From contig NC_057720.1 of NCBI RefSeq assembly GCF_004010195.1, forward strand, positions 8,362,164-8,426,163: DNA of 64,000 nt, read 5' to 3'. This DNA is from Chiloscyllium plagiosum (Eukaryota). The notes beneath the pieces were generated by a model. The model searched no databases and had not been told where the DNA came from. It worked only from the letters and a program-made list of their open reading frames with translations. How positions within the stretch are numbered: the stretch's first letter is position 1; every line of letters starts with the position of its first letter. Positions 26,020 through 38,152 of the stretch are shown here, one piece after another. The position numbers and the translations under genes were made by a program.

Positions 26020-28050
26020 AGGAGGCAGGGGTGGCCGTGGCTGACGAGGGAAGTTAAGGACCATATAAAGACAAAAGGGAAAAAGTATAACATAGCAAAG
26101 ATAAGTGGGAAATCGGAGGACTGGGAAGCTTTTAAAGAACAACAGAGTATTACTAAGAAGGAAATACACAAAGAAAAAATAAGGTACGAAGGTAAACTGA
26201 CCAAAAATATAAAGGAGGAGAGTAAAGGCTTTTTTAGGTATATGAAAAGAAAAAAAATGGTTAAGACTAAAATTGGGCCCTTGAAGACAGAAGCAGGTGA
26301 ATTTATTACGGAGAACAAAGAAATGGCAGAAGAGGTGAATTGGTACTTCAGATCTGTGTTCACTGGGAAGACATGAGCAATCTCCCAGATGTAATAGTGG
26401 CTGAAGGACCTGAACTGAAGGGAATTTATATTAGGCAGGAAATGGTGTTGGAGAGACTGTTAGGTCTGAAGGCTGATAAGTCCCCGGGGCCTGATGGTCT
26501 GCATCCCAGGGTACTGAAGGAGGTGGCTCTAGAAATCGTGGATGCGTTGGTGATCATTTTCCAATGTTCTATAGATTCAGGAACAGTTCCTGCAGATTAG
26601 AGGGTGGCTAATGTTGTTCCATGTTTTAAGAAAGGAGGGGGAGAGAAAACAGAGAATTATGGACCAGTTAGTCTGACCTCAGTGGTGAGAAAAATGCTAG
26701 AGTCAATTATAAAGGACGAAATTATGACACATCTGGATAGCTGTAACAGGATAGGTCAGAGTCAGCATGGATTTATGAAGGGGAAATCATGCTTGACTAA
26801 TCTTCTGGAATGTTTTGAGGATGTAACTCTGAAGATGGACAAGGAAGATCCAGTGTATGTAGTATACCTGAACTTTCAGAAAGCCTTTGATAAAGTCCCA
26901 CATAGGAGGTTAGTGAGCAAAATTAGGGCACATGGTATTAGGGGCAAAATACTGACTTGGATTGAACATTGGTTGGCTGACAGGAAACAAAGAGTGGTGA
27001 TAAACGGCTCCCTTTCAGAATGGCAGGCGGTGACCAGTGGTGTGTCGCAGGGATCAATGCTGGGACTGCAGCTTTTTACAATGTACATTAATGATGTAGA
27101 TGAAGGTATTAAAAGTAATGTTAGCAAATTTGCTGATGACACAAAGCTGGGTGGCAGGGTGAAATGTGATGAGGATGTTAGGAGATTACAGGGTGACCTG
27201 GACAGGTTAGGTGAGTGGACGGATGCATGGCAGATGCAGTTTAATGTGAATAAATGTGGTTATCCACTTTGGTGGCAAGAACAGGAAGGCAGATTATTAC
27301 CTAAATGGAGTCAAGTTAGGTAAAGGAGCAGTACAGAAAGATCTGGGTGTTCTTGTACATCAGTCAATGAAAGCAAGCATGCAGGTACAGCAGGTAGTGA
27401 AGAAAGCTAATAGCATGCTGGCCTTCATAACAAGAGGGATTGAGTATAGAATCAAAGAGGTCCTTCTGCAGCTGTACAGGGCCCTGGTGAGACCGCACCT
27501 GGAATATTGTGCGCAGTTTTGGTCTCCAAATTTGAGGAAAGACATTCTGGCTATTGAGGGAGTGCAGCGTAGGTTCACGAGGTCAATTCCCGGAATGGCG
27601 GGACTATCTTAGTCTTATGAAAGATTGGAGTGACTGGGCTTGTATACACTTGAGTTTAGAAGACTGACAGGGGATCTGATTGAGACGTATAAGATTATTA
27701 AAGGATTGGACAATTTGGAGGCAGGAAGCATGTTTCCGCTGATGGGTGAGTCCCGAACCAGAGGACGCAGCTTAAAAATAAGGGCTAGGCCACTTAAAAC
27801 AGAGTTAAGGAGAAACTACTTCACCCAGAGAGTGGTGGCTGTGTGGAATGCTCTGCCCCAGAGGGCTGTGGAGGCCAAGTCTCTGGATACTTTCAAGAAA
27901 CAGTTGGAAGATCTCGTAAGGATAGTGGAATCAAGGGTTATGGGGATAAGGCAGGAACAGGATACTGATTGAGGATGATCAGCCATGATCATAATGAATG
28001 GTGGTTCTGGCTCGAAGGGCAGAATGGCCTACTCCTGCACCTATTGTCTA
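26020..28050 (+). pseudogene. 5'-truncated CR1 LINE ORF2 (reverse transcriptase), disrupted
   Basis: KSPGPDGLHPRVLKE, PVSLTSVV.KMLE, QHGFMKGKSCLTNL, YLNFQKAFDKVPH, GVSQGSMLG, SKFADDTKL, LVRPHLEYCAQFW; frameshifts near 26370 and 27256, stops at 26598 and 27610; 3' UTR ends TGGCCTACTCCTGCACCTATTGTCTA. Confidence 0.95.
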
Positions 28051-28184
28051 TTTCAAGCTGACAGCGAGTGCCTCAGCCTAAAGCATCTTCAGGCACTATA
28101 CAAATGCAGAGTTTTAATGTCAATCTTTCCATGTTGTCATTTTACTGGAAATACATGCCATGGAACAATGCATCTCTTTCTGAG

Positions 28185-28452
28185 ATTAGATTCCCTACAG
28201 CGTGGAAACAGGCCCTTCGGCCCAACAAGTCCACACCCAGACCCATTTCCCTCTGACTAATACACTGAACATTGTGGGCAATTTAGCATGGCCAATTCGT
28301 CTGACCTACATCTTTGGACTGTGGGAGGGAACCCATGCAAATACAGGGAGAATGTGCAAACTCCACACAAACTGTCGCCCGAGGTAAGAATCGAACCTGG
28401 GACCATGGTGCTGTGAGGCAGTAGGGCTAACCACTTAGCCACCATGCCACCA
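28185..28452 (-). mobile_element. HE1-like V-SINE
   Basis: ATTAGATTCCCTACAGCGTGGAAACAGG tail; V-domain; tRNA-like head. Confidence 0.88.
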
Positions 28453-29039
28453 CAAATAATTCTCTAATGATTCTAACTTTATAAACTACACATTCTTAAA
28501 TATTCTGTTCCCCAGTCTGCCTCAAGTTTCATCCTTTCCCCTTCTTAAATATTGACGAGTCTTAAGTCGGTGATCCTGGATGAGAAGAGGGTGCACAGTT
28601 GACCAGAGGACATCTAGTTTTTCTTTGGCTTGGAATTATGCAGTCTGTTTGGCTTAAAGATGATTACTATCAGCAGTACTTTTTTCCAGTAATATTAGTC
28701 GGGCAGGGTGGGCGGAAATTCAGAGCAGGCATGTACATAAGTGCAGCAGACTGTATGATAATCAGCCTCTGAAACTATTTACTGAATGTGACATTTTGGG
28801 AAGTCACATATCTCTGAAAACAAACAGATAGAGCAGTGACCCATATTAATAGGCAGGCAGGCAGAATGAATCAAGAAGTAGGGATGTGCAATTTGTCTCT
28901 GGCTCTAAGTAGATTATCATTGCCAGGACATAAATTATTTGTGCAAACGTATTTCATTTCAACATGCAACAAGGATCATGCAGAAAATTGAGAATCATGC
29001 TGGTAACTGCAGTTTTAAGACTGCAGTGCAAAATATTTT

Positions 29040-29550
29040 GGCACAAGTCAGGAGTGTGATGGAGTATTCCCCACTTGCATGGGTGGGTACAGTTCCAATA
29101 ACACTCAAGAAGCTTGACACCATCCAGGACAAAGCAGCCCATTTGTGATTGGCACTACATCCACAAACATCCACTCCCTCCACCACTGATGCTCAGCAGC
29201 CTCATTGTATACCATCTCCAAGATGCACTGCAGAATTTCACCAAAGCTATTTAAGCAGCATCTTCCAAACTCTTGACCTCTACGATCTAAAGGTACAAGT
29301 GCAACAGCCACATGGGAATACCACCACCTTGTTGCATTCCATCCTGACTTGTAAATGTATCACCGTTTCTTCACTGTCACTGGTTAAAATCCTGGAACTC
29401 CCTCTCTTAGGGCATTGTGGGTCAACCTACAGCACAATGACTACAGCGATTCAAGAGGCAGCTCATCCCCACCTTCTCAAGGGGCAATGAGGGATTGGGC
29501 AATAAATGCTGGCCAGCTAGTAACACTCACATCCTATTCATGAATTTTTA
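29040..29550 (+). mobile_element. Second LINE family 3' part
   Basis: AQVRSVMEYSPLAWVGTVPITLKKLDTIQDKAA; tail CACCTTCTCAAGGGGCAA..GGGCAATAAATGCTGGCC, repeated at 30180-30360 and 48515-48610. Confidence 0.8.
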
Positions 29551-30830
29551 AAAAGTGTTGGTGTAGTTCTATAATGTGGACTGTATAATTAATGTAGTAA
29601 TTAGTCCCTCACCTTAGCTGCTGGTCGGTTATGTCTTTTGTTCCTGCTCACAATTACAATGTCGTCATGCGCCAATGGGTGTCATGGTTTGGAGCAGAGA
29701 AGATTAAGAGGTGACCTTATTGACGTGTTCAAAAGTATAACCAACATTGAAAATGGAAAGAAAGATATTCTTTTTCCACTCATCAGCATGTCAGTAACTA
29801 AGAGTAGCAATTTCAAGATCATCAGCAAAAGAGCTAGTAGTGAGATGAGGAGGAACCATTTACTCAGACAGTTATTAGGATTTGGAATGTGCTGCCTGGA
29901 AGAGTGGTGGAGGTGGATTCCACAGGAAGTTTCAAAAGAGAGCTGGTTATATATTCATAAGTGATTTATTTAGTGGGCTATGGAGATAGTGCTGGGGAAT
30001 GGGACCAGTTTGGTAACTCTTTCAGGAGCCAGTTCAGACACGATAGATCAAATGGATTCTTTCTGTACTGTAAAATTCTATGATTCTCTGATTCTTTGAG
30101 CTAATTATCTAGGATTCAGCTGTTCCATATCTGAGGGACAATTTCACTCAGACTTGCTGCTCATATGAAAAATAATCACACTTCAGTGTCACTGAGTCAA
30201 AATTCTGGAATTCCCTCCCTCAGGGCATTGTGAGCCAACCCACAGCAGGTGGACTGCAGCGGTTCAAGAAGGCAGCTCACCCCCACCTTCTCAAGGGGCA
30301 ACTAGGGACGTGCAATAAATACTGGCCCAGCCAGCGATATCCACATCCCATAAAAATGAACAAGTAACTAAAAAAAGCTAGCCTTGCCTGCAATGCCCAC
30401 AATCCACGAACAAATATAAAAAGAGCTAATTTGTGTGCATTGCAAGGTACCACAGTCAGAAATGTGGCAAGTTAAGCTAACCTTTTCTCTATTGTGCTTC
30501 CTGTGAACAAAAGACATTAAATAGACATACTCGCAGAGCATGTTAGAAAGAAAAAAAACTTGTGCTTACATAGAGCCTTTCTCAACCCCAGGATATCCCT
30601 AAGCATTTTAATGATGATGTTATAATTTTGAAAGTTATTTATTGTTGTAATGTAGGGAAGCATGGTTGCTAATTAGTGCATAACAACTGTTAGTAAAAAT
30701 GGAATAAAATGCAATATAAAGACCAGATCATCTGTTTTAGTGATGTCGGTTGCTGGATAGAATATTGAGCAGGACATGGAGGGCACCTTGTCACAAAGAG
30801 TTGCCGGGGCAGAGTTTTTGTGTATATTTA

Positions 30831-31048
30831 AGTCAAAGTCAAATGACACCAAGTTGTAGTCCAACAGGTTTATTTAAAATTGTATGCTTTCGGAACTCTG
30901 CTGCTTAGATAGCTGAAGTGTAACTTCACCTGATGAAGGAACAGTGCTTTAAAAGCTTGTGACTTTAAATAAACTTGTTGGACAATAACTTGGTGTCATG
31001 TGACTTTCGACTTTGTCTACCCCAGTAAAACACCAGCACCTCCACATC
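30831..31048. mobile_element. Short fold-back PLE cassette (family B)
   Basis: Inverted arms around 30915-30928; CACCTGATGAAGGA.. motif at 30927-30961 (core GAAA mutated); perfect 11-bp TSD GTGTATATTTA at 30820-30830 and 31049-31059. Confidence 0.8.
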
Positions 31049-31130
31049 GTGTATATTTACGGCTGAGATAACTAGATTCTTGATCAGATGAGGTACCAAA
31101 GGGTTATGGGGATAGGATTGGAATCAGGTG

Positions 31131-31525
31131 TGTCACATTGACGATGCAATCTCCTCAATTGGGGTTGTTAACCTGGGCCAATCAGGGAGCCCTGGCTGAC
31201 AGAGATAAACAGGGGAAAGGTTAAAAAAAATAAACCAGGGAATATAAATAAAGGTTTACTCACTTGTTGTTCTTCACTGTGTCCTGTACTTGCACGCACA
31301 TGACATGGGTGCTGGGGAAAAATAGGCACTAAAATAAAAGAGTGTCAGACCTCTGCTCACTCTGAGAGCTGCATCTGAGGGAGCTGGACTCTCCTAAAAA
31401 TAAAATAAATGGGGATTTAGATTCTCCTCAGTTCAGGAACTAGTTGAGCTGGTAGACCACAGGTAGTGTGCTCTAACTAAAGGGTGACTTGGTGATGGGA
31501 TATCGGTCTCTGTTCAGATATTTCA
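31131..31525 (+). mobile_element. Probable solo LTR (Gypsy-like) inserted in a CR1 tail
   Basis: TG...CA ends (TGTCAC..TATTTCA), CCAAT box (GGCCAATCAG); the CR1 3' UTR resumes at about 31526. No clear TSD. Confidence 0.5.
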
Positions 31526-31801
31526 GGGGAAAAGGCAGGAAAATAGACTTGAGTGATATTAGATCAGCCATGATCAGATTGGATGGTAGAGCACGTTGAA
31601 GTGCTGAATGGCCTACTCCTGTTCCTATTTTTTAGGATCTTATGGAAAGCCTCCCTGACCCTCCTCCCCATGGAACCACTATTTAATATCTAGTTGAAAG
31701 ATAGCACCTCAGGCTCCCTTAGCACTGCACCCGAGGTGTCAAGTTGACAATGAGTTGAACTGCTAGTGATCAGGAGTTGCACTCGTGTATTATTTTTCCT
31801 T

Positions 31802-31973
31802 GGAGAAAGTGAGGACTGCAGATGCTGGAGTTCAGAGCTGAAAATGTGTTGCTGGAAAAGCGCAGCAGGTCAGGTAGCATCCAAGGAGCAGGAGAATCGA
31901 TGTTTCGGCATGAGCCCCCTGCTCCTTGGATGCTTCCTGACCTGCTGCGCTTTTCCAGCAACACATTTTCAGC
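31802..31973. mobile_element. Short fold-back PLE cassette (family A)
   Basis: Arms AGCTGAAAATGTGTTGCTGGAAAAGCGCAGCAGGTCAGG and its complement; TSD TATTA(T/C)TTTTCCTT at 31788-31801 and 31974-31987. Confidence 0.82.
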
Positions 31974-33337
31974 TATTACTTTTCCTTCCCCCACTTGTGC
32001 AGATTCAAGGTCTGTTGTACTGACTATTCTTCCTACACAGTACCAGTGGGTAAATTGAACTTGCTGATATTGGCAAACAATCATGCCAAGTCTTTCATGT
32101 GATGTTCCTTTATCCACTATTCTGGCAGAGATGTGAGCCTTTTTAAAAATAACTATGGTAACGCCTGTGTTACAGGAGCTGAGGAATGCAGGATGATTGT
32201 GTCAGGTAATATCTCCAATCAGAAGCACACTGTCAATTTCACAAATTTGGATGTAATCAGGCCGAGATATATTGATGCTTATGTTGATTTAAAATATAAT
32301 TGTATCTGTCATAAAGCTGCCATTTTTCTCCCTAATGTAAAATATCGAAGAAAACAAATGGAATGAGATTAATTTGCAAATCAGCACTGCAGCTGGAAAA
32401 TGTCAAGTCACCAAGAGTTGCCGCTTAATGAGATTCGTGGATGGTTTACAGTGTGCAGGAGGGCCTATACTTAGCTTCCATTCTGTATCTCTAGAGACTG
32501 TGATATGTACACGCCTGCAGAAGCAAATAGGAAGCTTTCGTTATCTATTAGCTGCTAGGTGTCACAGAGGATTTGGGTTCTGGGAATTTCACTTGTGTTT
32601 AATGCAGTCTTTCTGGAATCCTGGCTTGACCAAGGAGTGTTTAGCAGTACACATTGGAAACATCTCAAACTGTTTTGACAGCAGACTGTGTTACTCTGAC
32701 ACTTGAACATACCAAGTACTGACAGCTGTTCAACACATGGCGTCAAAATCTACACATTGCACCAAGGTTGACACTGCATCATAAAATAAGGATGGAATGG
32801 TTACTGTATCAAGAAGCATACCTTGATTAGTAAGGGGATCAAGGGTTATAGAGAGAAGGCAGGAGAATGGAGTTGAGAAACATATCAGCCATGATCAAAT
32901 GGCAGAGCAGAAACAATGGGGTGAATGGCTTACATCTGCTCCTGTATTATATGGGCTGTCCTGAAGGAACAGTTCACCTGCTCCTCTTAACACCTACTAT
33001 CCTGCCATAGCCCTGCACATTGTTCCTGTTTCAGATTAAAATCCAATTCCATTTCAAATGTCTCAACTAATTCTTCCTTCATCAAACCTTCAGACCTTCC
33101 TTTGGGATTTGGAGGATTGGGGGTCGTGTCAGACTCCAATCCAATAGTTTGGTTGGCACGTAAATTATCAGCTGTGGTCAAGAGGACACACCGATGAGTT
33201 GTAAAAGACAGCTGGTCAAGTGGGCAATGGGGTGAACAACGGAGATCTGTGGTTTCATAATGGGCAGGAGAAGTGATACGTCCAAAATAAGCATCAAACA
33301 CGGAAGTTGCTGTAGAAACTCAGCAAGTCTGGCAGCA

Positions 33338-33825
33338 TAGAGTCAGAGAGTCAGAGAGATGTACAGCACACAAACAGACCCTTTGGCTCAACTCATCCAT
33401 GCTGACCAGCTATCCTATTCTAATCTAGTCCCACCTGCCAGCACTTAGCCCATATCCCTCCAAACCCTTCCTATTCATATACCCATCCAGATGCCTTTTA
33501 AATGCTGTAATTGTGCCAGCCTTCACCACTTCCTCTGGCAGTTCATTCCATACACGTGCCACTCTCCCTATGAAAAAGTTACCCCTTAGGTCCCTTTTAA
33601 ATTTTTCCCCTCTCACCCTAAACCTATGCCTTCTAGTTCTGGACTTCCCTACCCAAGGGAAAAGATCTTGTTTATTTACCCTATCCATGCCCCTCATGAT
33701 TTTATAAACCCCAAAAGGTCATCCCTCAGCCTCTGACGCTCCAGGGAAAACAGCCCCAGCCTGTTCAGCCTCTCCCTATAACTCAAACCCTACAACCCTG
33801 GCAACATCCTTGTAAATCTTTTCTG
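33338..33825 (-). mobile_element. HER1-like CR1 LINE 3' part
   Basis: MRGMDRVNKQDLFPWVGKSRTRRHRFRVRGEKFKRDLRGNFF..WNELPEEVV. Confidence 0.9.
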
Positions 33826-35089
33826 TGGAGAGGAAGCAGGGTTAACATTTCAGGTTCAGTGACCCTTTGACCAAAATATGCATGTTCTGGCTATTTGCCC
33901 CCTTTCTCATCCACCTCTTATCAGACCATAAGAAATAGGAACAGGAGTAGGCCATTCGGCCCATCAGGCCTGCTCCGCCATTCAAGGGACAATTTCAAAA
34001 TTAGCAGATGGTGCAAAACTTTGAAGTATTGTGACCTGTGAGGAGAATTGTGATAGATGTCAAAGAAACACAGGTAAGTTGATGGGATGAATGGACACAT
34101 TGTTCCTGATTTTGGTAAAGATGTGAATAGTAGAATTCCTATATACTGTGGAAGCAGGTGATTTGGCCCATTTGGTCAATACAGACCCTCTGAAGAGCAT
34201 CCCACCTGGACACATCCCGCTACCATATCCCTGTAAACCTGCACTTCCCTTGGCTAATCCATCTAATCTGCACATCTTTAGGATGTGTAATGCCTCGTTC
34301 CTAAGAAACATTTTCTCTTCTGCTATATTACGCAGCTTGCTCTCTTATCTCCCTGTGCTTTATCTACCAATGATGCATTCACCCAAGAGAATTGCATTTC
34401 TCACCACCCCACCCCAATCCACATTCGCACTCCACACCCCCAGGACTGGGAGCAGGCAGTGCTTCCACAGTAACGACACATTCCCCAATATGCACACATC
34501 GCAGATTTTTACAAGTTGTTCTGAACTTGTTCAAACATCCAGCACTTCCATAACCGGAGACAATAGTTAGTGTTAAACTACTAACTGGAAAGTTGAATGA
34601 ATTTTACTGTTAGTACTCACATACTCCCAAATTCATATTTCAAATATCTGGATTTGAACTCACGGTCCAGCTCATCAACTTCAATCCATGGATTGCTAAA
34701 CCTGTCAATCTATCACAATACCACGATCTTCCCACATTTATTGTACTTTAGTTAATAGCAAATTACATTTCAGCGAAGATATACAATGATCTCTTGTGAA
34801 TCTCAACATAAGAGTAAGTTTACATTATAGTAACTGAACCTTCTTATTCTGTATCTTTGATAAGCAGGAGAATGTGGTGGAGAAATATGTCAGCCATGAT
34901 CAATTGATGGAGCAGATGTGATGGGCTGAATGGCCTAATTCTGTTCCACATCTTATGGTCTTATGGTCTAAGCACGAAACCAGCAGTAGGATTGGTTAGT
35001 TATTCCCAGAATCAATCTTTTATATCCTGTTCGGTGGAGATTGTCTTGTGATATCAATTCACCTTTCCAGATTCTGTCTTATATCATAC

Positions 35090-35405
35090 AGCAGCCCAGG
35101 CTAATGGTCCGGATTTATGGGTTCAAATCACAGCATGGCAACTCGTGGAATTAAAATTCAGATAAATCTGGATTTAAAATCTAATCTCCTTAATGGTGAC
35201 CATTGTAACTGGCATCAATTGTTATCCAAACCCATCTGATTCTTTGAGGAACAGAAATCTCTCATCCTTACATGATCTGGCCTAAATGTGACTCCAGACC
35301 TGATTGTCTCTTAACTACCCTCTGTAACGGCTGAAGAAGGCATCAGTTCAAGGACCATTAGGGATGGGCCTCACCAGCGATGCGTATATTCCATGTAATA
35401 ATAAA
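35090..35405 (+). mobile_element. Second SINE family (tRNA-like head; tail shared with the second LINE family)
   Basis: GGGTTCAAATC B-box-like motif; homologues at 38810-38935 plus 39485-39580 (split by HER1) and 61070-61390 (minus). Confidence 0.65.
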
Positions 35406-35534
35406 GAAAAACAAACTCTAGGCCCTGGCTGAGGCCTAAACCAGGAACTTGCAATGGTTGTGTATTGATTCCATGGTTTTGTCTCCAATACCCCCATTTA
35501 TAAAGTCAAAAACCCCATGCTCTTGCTTAATTGG

Positions 35535-35748
35535 AAGTCATATGGTACCAGGTTATCGTCCAACAGGCATATTTGAAATCACAACCTTTCAGAGCGTTGT
35601 ATCTTCATCAAGTGAAGTCACTTCACCTGTCGAAGGAGCAGTGCTCTGAAAGCTTGTGATCTCAAATAAACTTGTTGGACTATAATCTGGTACCATGTGG
35701 CTTCTGACTTTGTCTTCCCAGGTCCAGTACCTGCACCTTCACATCGTC
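35535..35748. mobile_element. Short fold-back PLE cassette (family B) with two degenerate HHR motifs
   Basis: Inverted arms centred at about 35617; CACCTGTCGAAGGAGCAGTGCTCTGAAAGCTTGTG. Confidence 0.75.
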
Positions 35749-36879
35749 ACTACATTCTTAGATAGACCATCAGCAGTCCCTGCCAACTTAAGCACCCTAT
35801 TCAAAGTAGCAACATTTGTCCATTGCCAACATAAATGCATAACTTCACACCTCTCTGTGTTGCTTTGCTCATGTAATTGATGTGCACTTTCATTTGGAAA
35901 GGAAAGTTAAGAGAATGAGTCAGGAACCAAGAATAATGGCTGACACAAATGTATCTATTTTAAGATTTCATTCTGCTTTTGAAATGAGAGTATCCTCTAT
36001 TCAAACAACATTGTGATACTCCTTTTTGAGTCAGAAGACTATGACTTCAAGATGAGGACTGAGTGTAAAGATTGAAGTGTTTAAGACGACTAAAGGAAGG
36101 GAAAGGACTGATAAAGAGACTTTGGCTCTGTAGTATCAGCTCCTTTGGCACAGTGTGTGCCAGTTTAAAGGAAAGTGGCATTCCCTTCTACTCCTGACAG
36201 AATACTAAGTTGGTGAGGGCATGGGTGCTGGCATTATGCGCGTGCTTCAGAAGTATAAAGATGAGGTGAAGTGTGACATCAGTCTTTGGTGTCCAGCCTA
36301 CCATTTCCCACTCCAGGTTTCCACTTTACTGCTTGAGTTAACACACAGAGCTGAGCACGTATTCAGCAGCATGTGAGAACATACCAGCGGTATTTAAAAA
36401 TATGATGTGGAGGTGCTGGTGTTGGACTGGGGTGGACCAGGTTGTAGTCCAACCGGTTTTTTTGGAAGTTCAAGCTTTCTGAGCACCGTTCCTTCATCAG
36501 GTAACTAGTGGGGCAAGATCATAAGACACAGAATTTATAGCAAAAGATCGTGGTGTCATGCAATTAAAATGATACATTGAACAAACCTAGATTGCTGTTA
36601 AGTCTTTCATCTTTTAGAATGGATTGCAGGTGTTGGTTCATTAATATGCAAATCCCAGAATTTCTTTTGGCAACAACTGCCAGACATGGATACTCCCTCC
36701 CAGTTGGGGAATACTTCAGCGGTCAGGGACATTCGACCTCGTATCTTCAGGTGACCATCCTCCAAGGCAGACTTCGGGATATGCAACAACACAGAATGGC
36801 CAAGCAGAGGCTGATCGCCAAGTTCGGTATCCATGGGGATGACCTTGGCTTCAGGTCACACTACAGGTGACCCCACTGC

Positions 36880-37226
36880 ACTACACACTCACACACTCTC
36901 TCTCTCTCACACACACACACACACAAGCACATTTTTACATACTCACACATTCATGCAAACCCTATGTCATACACACGCTCCCTCTCAGACACACACACAT
37001 ACATTCCCCACACTCACACCCACACACATACCCTTCACAGGCTTATACTCCATCACACTCATGCGTACACTCTACCAAGCACGCACACACGCAAACACGC
37101 ACTCTCAGCGCACTCATACTTACACACGCATACTCACACGCACACACTTACTCTCTCTCCCTCCCCCTCACATACATACATAAACACACACACGCACACA
37201 CACACACACACACACCCATACACACG
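36880..37226 (+). repeat. Imperfect (CA)n/(CT)n microsatellite inside the PLE 3' UTR
   Basis: Direct reading of the sequence. Confidence 0.95.
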
Positions 37227-37479
37227 TCTAATGGGTGAATTTGTACTTGCAGTTACATTCTATTTTTGCTCAAAAAGCACACAGCCAGCAAACAGTCAAT
37301 GCATATAACATGTTAAAACTTCTTACTTTGGAAATAGAACCAGTCTGACTCAAGATTGGGATTCAGACAGACTTTAACCTCACATCTTTAATACATTGTC
37401 TGAGCTGAGATGTCACCTTTTGTTTAATAAAACCTTAAGCTATCTCGAGAATGTGACTTAAAAGAAGTTCTGGGATTTA

Positions 37480-37652
37480 CAGAGGAACTTCAATTATGCG
37501 GCATTTGATTATCTGCATTTTGGATTATCTGAACAAGGCCGCAAGGTCTCGATGCTTGGCGAAACTGTCATCCAGCGTCAATTATCGGAACATTTGATTA
37601 TCCAGACAAAATACTCTCCGTCCATGTCATTTGGATGATCAAGGCTCTTCTG
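37480..37652. mobile_element. MITE, Tc1/mariner-pogo-like, inserted at TA
   Basis: Imperfect TIRs CAGAGGAACTTCAATTAT.. and ..ATGATCAAGGCTCTTCTG; TA on the left; absent from the inverted host copy at 36635-36665. Confidence 0.7.
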
Positions 37653-37762
37653 CGCATATGAATGAACCGAAGCCAAAACCATTCTAAAAGATGAAATTTT
37701 AATTGCATGACACTGTGATCTTTTGCAATAAATTCTGTGCCTTATGATCCTGCTCCACTAGT

Positions 37763-37797
37763 TACCTGATGAAGGAGCAGCGCTTTGAAAGCTAGTA
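37763..37797 (+). ncRNA. Minimal hammerhead ribozyme motif
   Basis: TAC-CTGATGA-A-GGAGC-AGC-GCTTT-GAAA-GCT-A-GTA; stem I TAC/GTA, stem III palindrome AGCT. Confidence 0.78.
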
Positions 37798-37869
37798 CTT
37801 CAAAATAAACCAGTTGGACCAAAACCTGGTGTTGAGTGATTTTTAACTATTTAAACTATTACCTATTCA

Positions 37870-38152
37870 GAGTGGCATGGTGGCTCAGTGGTTAGCACTG
37901 CTGCCTCATAGCACCAGGGTCCCAGGTTCGATTCCATCCTCATGCCTCTGTCTGTGTGAAGTTTACACATTCTCCCAGTGTCTGCGTGGGGGTGCTCCGG
38001 TTTCCTCCCACAGTCCAAAGATGTGCAGGCCAGGTAAATTGGCCATAGCATTAGGTGCAGTAGTCAGAGTGGGGTGGGTTGTTCTTCGGAAGGTCAGTGT
38101 GGACTTGTTGGGCTGAAGGGCCTTTTTCCACACTGTAGGGAATCTAATCTAA
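37870..38152 (+). mobile_element. HE1-like V-SINE
   Basis: GGCATGGTGGCTCAGTGGTTAGCACTGCTGCC head, V-domain, GTAGGGAATCTAATCT tail. Confidence 0.9.

Larger units (their letters stand above)
36404..37847 (+). mobile_element. Penelope-like element (family B): inverted 5' pseudo-LTR, endonuclease C-terminus, 3' UTR and pseudo-LTR
   Basis: SLPVGEYFSGQGHSTSYLQVTILQGRLRDMQQHRMAKQRLIAKFGIHG..DLGFRSHY at 36690-36870; 36404-36668 is the inverse of the 37460-37847 region; degenerate TSD TATTTAAA(AA/C)TAT. Confidence 0.85.

Noticed and set aside
25921..27972. Functional reverse transcriptase gene
   Set aside because: In-frame stops, two frameshifts and no 5' endonuclease domain; annotated as a LINE pseudogene.
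36833..37308. His/Thr-rich ORFs in three frames
   Set aside because: Translations of a (CA)n microsatellite.
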